Below are positions 59,076 through 64,000 of a stretch of 64,000 nt of DNA, piece after piece. A program made the translations under genes and the position numbers. The notes below the pieces were generated by a model. The model was not told the DNA's origin. It ran no database searches and worked only from the letters and a program-made list of their open reading frames with translations. Numbering within the stretch: position 1 is the stretch's first letter; each line of letters starts with the position of its first letter. The stretch covers positions 248,001-312,000 of the IMG/VR virus record IMGVR_UViG_3300032116_000004; one strand, 5' to 3'.

Positions 59076-61454
59076 ATGGACGAATCAGAAAAACTAATCA
59101 AGATGATGCAAGAGGCCATGGCGGAATTCCGCAAAAGCGGCAGCAACAGCGCCGAAACCATGGCCAAACTCAACAAGGCCATCAATACCAATACCAAAGC
59201 ACAAGACGAGAATACCAAAGCACAAGACGAGCATACCCAGCAGACCATGAAAGCTGCCGAGGCCATGGAAAAGTTCAAAGACACCACTCGAGCAGTGTTG
59301 TCTGGGTTGGGATCAGCTGCGCAAGGTGCTAGAGACAATCGCGAAGATTTCCGTTCATTAAAACCAGCAGTGGGTGCCGCAGGCACTGCGCTCAAAAACA
59401 TGACCGGTGGACTGGGCACTGCCATAGATGCCCTGGGCCAGGCCGTTTCGGGCATATCGTCATTTGGAATAATGCTGGGTCCCAAGGGTGCGATTGCCAG
59501 CATGATAGGCATGGGCCTTGGTTCAGTGACGTCAGTGATTGGCAAGGCTATCAAGGCACACGGTAAAGATGTAGTAGACGCAGGCACTGCTTTCATGAAC
59601 TTCTCGTTGGACGAAACCCAACGTGTGGTCGGAGCCTTCCAAGAACTCAGCAAGATTGGTGGTGTCACTGGCAACAGTTTCCAAGGACTGCAACAGGCTG
59701 CTCTGGAAACTGGGCTCAGCATGGATTCCTTTGCCCGCGTCATTGCCAAGAACAGCCGAGGTCTGGCCCTTGCAGGTGGATCGGTCACACAGGGCATGCG
59801 AGCAGTGGTGGACATCACCAAGGCCAGCAAAGGATTTGAAGACCAGTTTCTTAAGTTGGGAATTGGCTTTGAAGAACAGCGAGATCTCACAGCACAGTTC
59901 CTGAGTTATCAGCGCACCCAGACAGGAGTCAATCTCCGCGACACTCGCTCACTGGCTGATGCGTCTAAAGAATACATCTTGCAATTGGATCAACTGGCCA
60001 GACTCACAGGCATGAGCCGACAAGAAGTTGCGTCTCGGTTGGAACAACAAAATCGAGAGTTGAAATTTGGCGCTGTGTTGGCTGATGCTGGTAAACGTGG
60101 TAAATCATTTGCAGATGCGATCAGTGGTGCCGCAACAATGTTGGAAGCTAAAGGGTTGAAAACTATGGCCCAAGGTTTCAAAGACAGCTTTGACAATCTA
60201 GGCACTAAAGAAGCACAGTTGTTCTTCCAGGCCACTGGTGGTGCTGGACCAGAACTGGTCAATTTCTTGGAACGCACCGGCGATCTAGCCACGTTCATGG
60301 AACGACTAGGGCAAGCCACAGCCGCAACGTATGAAACCATGGGCGGTACCAAGCAGGAACGCATGGTGGGAGGCCTGGGCACATACTTTGATCCTGTATA
60401 CGCCGAAATGCGCCTTGTGACCAATGGCATCCTTGGAACGGCAGAAGCTATAAATGCCGTGGGTAAAGAGCAAAAAGATGCCAAGAACAATCAAAGTGAC
60501 CTCACAAACACAGTGGTTGGCGCACAAAAATCGCTGAGAAATTTTGCAGTGGGCATAGACAGCGTGGTAGTGCAACAGTTTCCCAAGATGGCAGGTGCTG
60601 TGGGAATGTTTACCGATTCACTGGCCTCTGGTGCCAGCGCACTGGACAAAATATTAGGCACAGGTATCACCAGAGGTGCACCTCCCGGCTCCTACAGTCG
60701 CACCCAGGGAGCGGGGCCGCCTGGAACAGCAGGTGGTCCTCCTGGTAAACCACCCATGACAGGATCAGCTGGACTCATGGGTGCTGCCGCAAAGAATCTC
60801 AATCCTGGCAATCTACGTTTTGCAGGCCAGGACAAAGCCACAGTGGGCACCGGCGGATTTGCCAAATTTGAAACTGTGGACGATGGTCTGGTAGCATTGG
60901 CCCGTCAGTTAGATCTTTACCTGACAGGTAAAAGCCGTAGTGGCAAAAGAGATACCATCTCCAGCATCATTTCGGCTTACGCACCGCCCAATGAAAACGA
61001 CACCAGATTGTATATCGAGCAAATGGCCCGCTTCATGGGCAAAGGTGCTGATGAAGTCCTGCCCAGAGATCCAGCCACCATGGCCAAACTCATGGTAGGT
61101 ATCATTGGCAAGGAAAGCATGGGCGGTCTGGAAAAAGGTTACAACATGCGCGGGGGCATACAGTTTGCTGTGGCCCAGGCGCTGGGCATAGAACCCAGCA
61201 AGGTAGGGAATTTCCAATATGGTGGCATAGCATCTGGTCCAAAGTCGGGATATGCGGCCATGCTACACGGCACAGAAGCAGTGGTTCCCCTGGCTGGCGG
61301 CAGATCCATACCGGTAGAGATGACTGGCATGACTGACACCATGGGCCAACAAGTGACCATGATGGGCGAGCAGTTGAGCCGATTTGATACCATGATTGGT
61401 CTGCTACAGAACAACGTGGACATATCTCGCAAGTTACTGTCAGCAACCCGCTGA
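59076..61454 (+). CDS. Tape-measure-like protein with a C-terminal lysozyme-like domain
   Basis: Long helical A/G-rich region, then NLNPGNLRF...FAKFET...TISSIISAYAPPNENDT and YGGIASGPKSGYAAMLHGTEAVVPL. Confidence 0.6.
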   Translation: MDESEKLIKMMQEAMAEFRKSGSNSAETMAKLNKAINTNTKAQDENTKAQDEHTQQTMKAAEAMEKFKDTTRAVLSGLGSAAQGARDNREDFRSLKPAVGAAGTALKNMTGGLGTAIDALGQAVSGISSFGIMLGPKGAIASMIGMGLGSVTSVIGKAIKAHGKDVVDAGTAFMNFSLDETQRVVGAFQELSKIGGVTGNSFQGLQQAALETGLSMDSFARVIAKNSRGLALAGGSVTQGMRAVVDITKASKGFEDQFLKLGIGFEEQRDLTAQFLSYQRTQTGVNLRDTRSLADASKEYILQLDQLARLTGMSRQEVASRLEQQNRELKFGAVLADAGKRGKSFADAISGAATMLEAKGLKTMAQGFKDSFDNLGTKEAQLFFQATGGAGPELVNFLERTGDLATFMERLGQATAATYETMGGTKQERMVGGLGTYFDPVYAEMRLVTNGILGTAEAINAVGKEQKDAKNNQSDLTNTVVGAQKSLRNFAVGIDSVVVQQFPKMAGAVGMFTDSLASGASALDKILGTGITRGAPPGSYSRTQGAGPPGTAGGPPGKPPMTGSAGLMGAAAKNLNPGNLRFAGQDKATVGTGGFAKFETVDDGLVALARQLDLYLTGKSRSGKRDTISSIISAYAPPNENDTRLYIEQMARFMGKGADEVLPRDPATMAKLMVGIIGKESMGGLEKGYNMRGGIQFAVAQALGIEPSKVGNFQYGGIASGPKSGYAAMLHGTEAVVPLAGGRSIPVEMTGMTDTMGQQVTMMGEQLSRFDTMIGLLQNNVDISRKLLSATR
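59190..59231 (+). repeat. Perfect 21-bp tandem repeat (NTKAQDE x2)
   Basis: aataccaaagcacaagacgag occurs twice. Confidence 0.9.
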
Positions 61455-61460
61455 TAGCGG

Positions 61461-61466
61461 TAAATA
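61461..61466 (+). promoter_or_regulatory. Late promoter core TAAATA, 7 nt before the portal ATG
   Basis: TAAATAtaacactATG. Confidence 0.65.
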
Positions 61467-61473
61467 TAACACT

Positions 61474-63255
61474 ATGTCATGGAAAAAATATTTTAAAGTC
61501 GCTGATGTTTCAGGACAGTTCAGCCCAATTTCGGGGCAGGTTCCACGCGGTCCCAGTTATGGCACAGGCTACGGTGTAGACGACAAAGCCCATGCGGAAT
61601 TTGCCTTCCGCAACTATGCCAGCAGACTGCCAGAGGTCTACACTGGCCATCCCAACAGGATGGAACGCTACAATCAATACGAGAACATGGATGGCGATTC
61701 GGAAATCAATGCCTGCCTTGACATCCTAGCCGAATTTTCCACACAGACCTGTGAGGCCAACGACACACCTTTTGAAATAGGTTTCACAGAAACACCCACT
61801 GAGCACGAAGTAGACATCATCAAGAAACAGCTCCAGCAATGGACCAAACTCAACAAGTTTGACAATCGCATGTTCAAGATGTTCCGCAATACTCTGAAGT
61901 ATGGCGATCAAGTGTTTGTGCGTGATCCTGAAACCTTTGAACTCTACTGGGTGGATATGACCAAAGTGGCCCGTGTGATCGTGAACGAAAGCGAAGGCAA
62001 GCGTCCTGAACAGTATGTGATCCGAGACATCAATCCCAATTTCCAATCCATGTCAGTGGCGGCCAAGACCACCAATGACTACAACACACAGCCACCATCG
62101 GGTGGGTATTCAGCACCCTACAACTACACAGCACCCAATGCTCCTAACTCGTCAGGACAGAGTCGATTCCAGCGTTCTGTGAACGAAACCTGCATCGATG
62201 CCAAGCACGTGGTGCATCTCAGCCTGAGCGAAGGTTTGGACTACTATTGGCCATTTGGACAGTCAGTGCTGGAGATGATATTCAAGGTATTCAAGCAAAA
62301 AGAATTGCTGGAAGATGCTATCCTGATCTATCGCATATCTCGTGCGCCAGAACGCAGGATATTCAAAATTGATGTGGGCAACATGCCCAGCCATTTGGCC
62401 ATGCAGTTCGTGGAACGTGTGAAAAATGAAATCCATCAGCGACGTATTCCGTCTAATACAGGTGGTCGTGAAAATATCATGGATACCACATACAATCCGC
62501 TGTCAATCAACGAAGACTACTTCTTTCCGGTCACAGCCGAAGGTCGTGGCTCGGATGTTACTACCCTGCAAGGCGGACAGAATCTAGGCGAGATCGACGA
62601 CTTAAAATATTTCAACAACAAGATGTGCCGCGGTCTGCGTGTGCCGTCATCATATCTACCCACTGGGCCAGATGATTCTGATCGCCCTATGAATGACGGG
62701 CGTGTGGGCACTGCGCTGATACAGGAATATCGTTTCAATCAATACTGCGAGCGTATGCAACGTCAGATCGTGCAGAAACTGGATGACGAGTTCAAGATGT
62801 TCCTGCGCTGGAGAGGTTTCAACATTGACTCTGGCCTGTTCAATATCAAGTTTGCACCGCCACAGAATTTTGCCAGTTATCGCCAGGCTGAACTGGACAC
62901 CACACGGATGACAGCGTTCAGCGGGCTAGAACAGTTGCCCTATTTGAGCAAGAGATTCCTGATGAAACGCTATCTTGGACTGTCTGAAGAAGAGATTGCA
63001 GACAACGAAAAACTATGGAAAGAAGAGCGAGATCAACCCGAACTGAGCACGCAAGGTGGTCAAGATCTGCGTTCAGTAGGCATCAGCCCTGCTGATATCG
63101 AAGCAGACATCACAGCTGGTGAAGAGATCGCAGGTGCCGCAGGTGCACCCGAAGGTGCTGTGGCACCCATGGCTCCAGGCATGGCCGGTGCTCCTGGCGC
63201 TGCCGCAGCTGGCGCAGGACCTGCCGGTGGTGCCGCTCCTGTGCCCACTATCTAA
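61474..63255 (+). CDS. gp20: Portal protein (T4 gp20-like)
   Basis: YENMDGDSEINACLD, LEDAILIYRISRAPERRIFKIDVGNMP, EDYFFP...GSDVTTLQGGQNLGEIDDLKYF. Confidence 0.93.
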   Translation: MSWKKYFKVADVSGQFSPISGQVPRGPSYGTGYGVDDKAHAEFAFRNYASRLPEVYTGHPNRMERYNQYENMDGDSEINACLDILAEFSTQTCEANDTPFEIGFTETPTEHEVDIIKKQLQQWTKLNKFDNRMFKMFRNTLKYGDQVFVRDPETFELYWVDMTKVARVIVNESEGKRPEQYVIRDINPNFQSMSVAAKTTNDYNTQPPSGGYSAPYNYTAPNAPNSSGQSRFQRSVNETCIDAKHVVHLSLSEGLDYYWPFGQSVLEMIFKVFKQKELLEDAILIYRISRAPERRIFKIDVGNMPSHLAMQFVERVKNEIHQRRIPSNTGGRENIMDTTYNPLSINEDYFFPVTAEGRGSDVTTLQGGQNLGEIDDLKYFNNKMCRGLRVPSSYLPTGPDDSDRPMNDGRVGTALIQEYRFNQYCERMQRQIVQKLDDEFKMFLRWRGFNIDSGLFNIKFAPPQNFASYRQAELDTTRMTAFSGLEQLPYLSKRFLMKRYLGLSEEEIADNEKLWKEERDQPELSTQGGQDLRSVGISPADIEADITAGEEIAGAAGAPEGAVAPMAPGMAGAPGAAAAGAGPAGGAAPVPTI

Positions 63256-63261
63256 TAAATA
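63256..63261 (+). promoter_or_regulatory. Late promoter core TAAATA, 5 nt before ATG
   Basis: TAAATActgccATG. Confidence 0.65.
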
Positions 63262-63266
63262 CTGCC

Positions 63267-63485
63267 ATGAACCTCTTTGAATTTTTCCACAAAGATCCTG
63301 CTGGTTACCAAGATCTTGCTGATGACAACAGCCAACCTCAGTTGGGCAAACTGCGCAAGACCAAACTCACGCTCAAGCAGATCAACAAACTGCGTCGCAT
63401 GAACGATGTGCGGTCATACGAATACAAAGAAAAACTCCGAGATATCCGCAAGCAATATCAGCCTCCGGCCGCTCCGGCCCTGTAG
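63267..63485 (+). CDS. Small protein downstream of the portal (head module)
   Basis: ATG lies 5 nt after TAAATA; RKTKLTLKQINKLRRM. Confidence 0.7.
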   Translation: MNLFEFFHKDPAGYQDLADDNSQPQLGKLRKTKLTLKQINKLRRMNDVRSYEYKEKLRDIRKQYQPPAAPAL

Positions 63486-63562
63486 AACCGGTCTTATCTC
63501 GGTTTCACAGTCATTTTCTACCACTTTTACCCCATAAACCGCATAGATTTAGGTGTGTGTCG

Positions 63563-63568
63563 TAAATA
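63563..63568 (+). promoter_or_regulatory. Late promoter core TAAATA for the scaffold gene
   Basis: TAAATA followed by a leader containing the GGAGG SD. Confidence 0.65.
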
Positions 63569-63599
63569 TCACACAGAGCCATAACATTGGAGGAACCTC

Positions 63600-64000
63600 A
63601 TGAACAAATTTGAACAGCTCATTGAATTCGTTATCAATGACGAAGAGCAGAAAGCCCGCGATCTTTTCCATGAGATCGTAGTAGAAAAAAGCCGTGCCAT
63701 CTATGAAGACTTGATGGCCGAAGAAGAAATTGAAGAAGCCAAAGACGAAGAAGAACTCGACGAAGCCAAGGACAAAGACGAAGAAGAACTCGACGAAGCC
63801 AAGGACGAAATGGAAGAGTCTGATTCTTTGGAAGAAGACAGCGATGACGCCATGGGCCGTATGGATCAATACGATGAAACCATGGGCGGTGATCAAGCAG
63901 ATCAACTGATCGACGAAATCGAAGTGGAAGAAGAAGGTCTTTCCATGGAAGGTGAAGGCGAAGAAGAGGCTGCTGATGATCTAGAAGATCGCGTTGTAGA
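63600..64000 (+). CDS. Acidic prohead core/scaffold protein, 3'-truncated (missing from the ORF track)
   Basis: GGAGG SD and ATG at 63600; MNKFEQLIEFVINDEEQKARDLFHEIVVEKSRAIYEDLMAEEEIEEAKDEEELDEAK..., open to the window end. Confidence 0.8.
   Translation, partial: MNKFEQLIEFVINDEEQKARDLFHEIVVEKSRAIYEDLMAEEEIEEAKDEEELDEAKDKDEEELDEAKDEMEESDSLEEDSDDAMGRMDQYDETMGGDQADQLIDEIEVEEEGLSMEGEGEEEAADDLEDRVV
63741..63806 (+). repeat. Perfect 33-bp tandem repeat (KDEEELDEAKD x2)
   Basis: aaagacgaagaagaactcgacgaagccaaggac occurs twice. Confidence 0.9.

Noticed and set aside
59190-59231. 21-bp tandem repeat as a regulatory or phase-variable element
   Set aside because: It is an in-frame two-copy duplication within a coiled-coil region and has no frameshifting potential.
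59030-59890. N-terminal 287 aa of the listed 569-aa ORF 58181..59890
   Set aside because: It is an antisense shadow of the tape-measure-like gene; the gp26-like protein starts at ATG 59029.
1-64000. CRISPR array, tRNA genes, integrase, transposase, reverse transcriptase/DGR
   Set aside because: No regularly spaced repeats, cloverleafs or catalytic motifs (e.g. YxDD, DDE) were seen, and intergenic gaps other than 56261-56693 are too short.
1-64000. Alternative genetic code (stop-codon reassignment)
   Set aside because: Genes, including a 14.5-kb ORF, are full length in the standard code, and TAA, TAG and TGA all serve as stops at tight gene junctions.

Overview
This is a 64-kb segment of a large T4-superfamily-like (contractile-tailed) bacteriophage genome. 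It holds four blocks. (1) About 0.8-19.4 kb, minus strand, is a tightly coupled accessory operon of modification enzymes: a carbamoyltransferase, five radical SAM proteins, an HddA/DmhA/Fcl-like heptose nucleotide-sugar set, a cupin and about six glycosyltransferase-like genes. It converges on an amidinotransferase at the left edge. (2) About 19.5-48.4 kb, minus strand, is the baseplate/tail module, including a 4835-aa protein with seven FG-GAP-like repeats and gp6-, gp25-, gp5-, hub-, gp53/LysM- and tube-initiator-like genes. (3) About 48.5-56.7 kb, plus strand, carries the late sigma factor (gp55), gp47, gp46 and a GIY-YIG nuclease. A radical SAM gene sits in each junction between them, and a ~350-nt densely paired non-coding region follows. 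(4) About 56.7-64 kb holds three small minus-strand genes (one resembling an aminoacyl-tRNA protein transferase), a gp26-like tail chaperone with an in-phase -1 slippery site, a tape-measure-like gene, the portal and the start of a head scaffold gene. The strongest leads are the candidate large structured ncRNA behind the GIY-YIG gene, the eight-member radical SAM expansion with a permuted twitch/SPASM-like domain, the phage 6-deoxyheptose-like pathway, an unannotated 33-aa peptide coupled to the carbamoyltransferase, and the chaperone frameshift. All family assignments come from motif recognition by eye; no database search was run.
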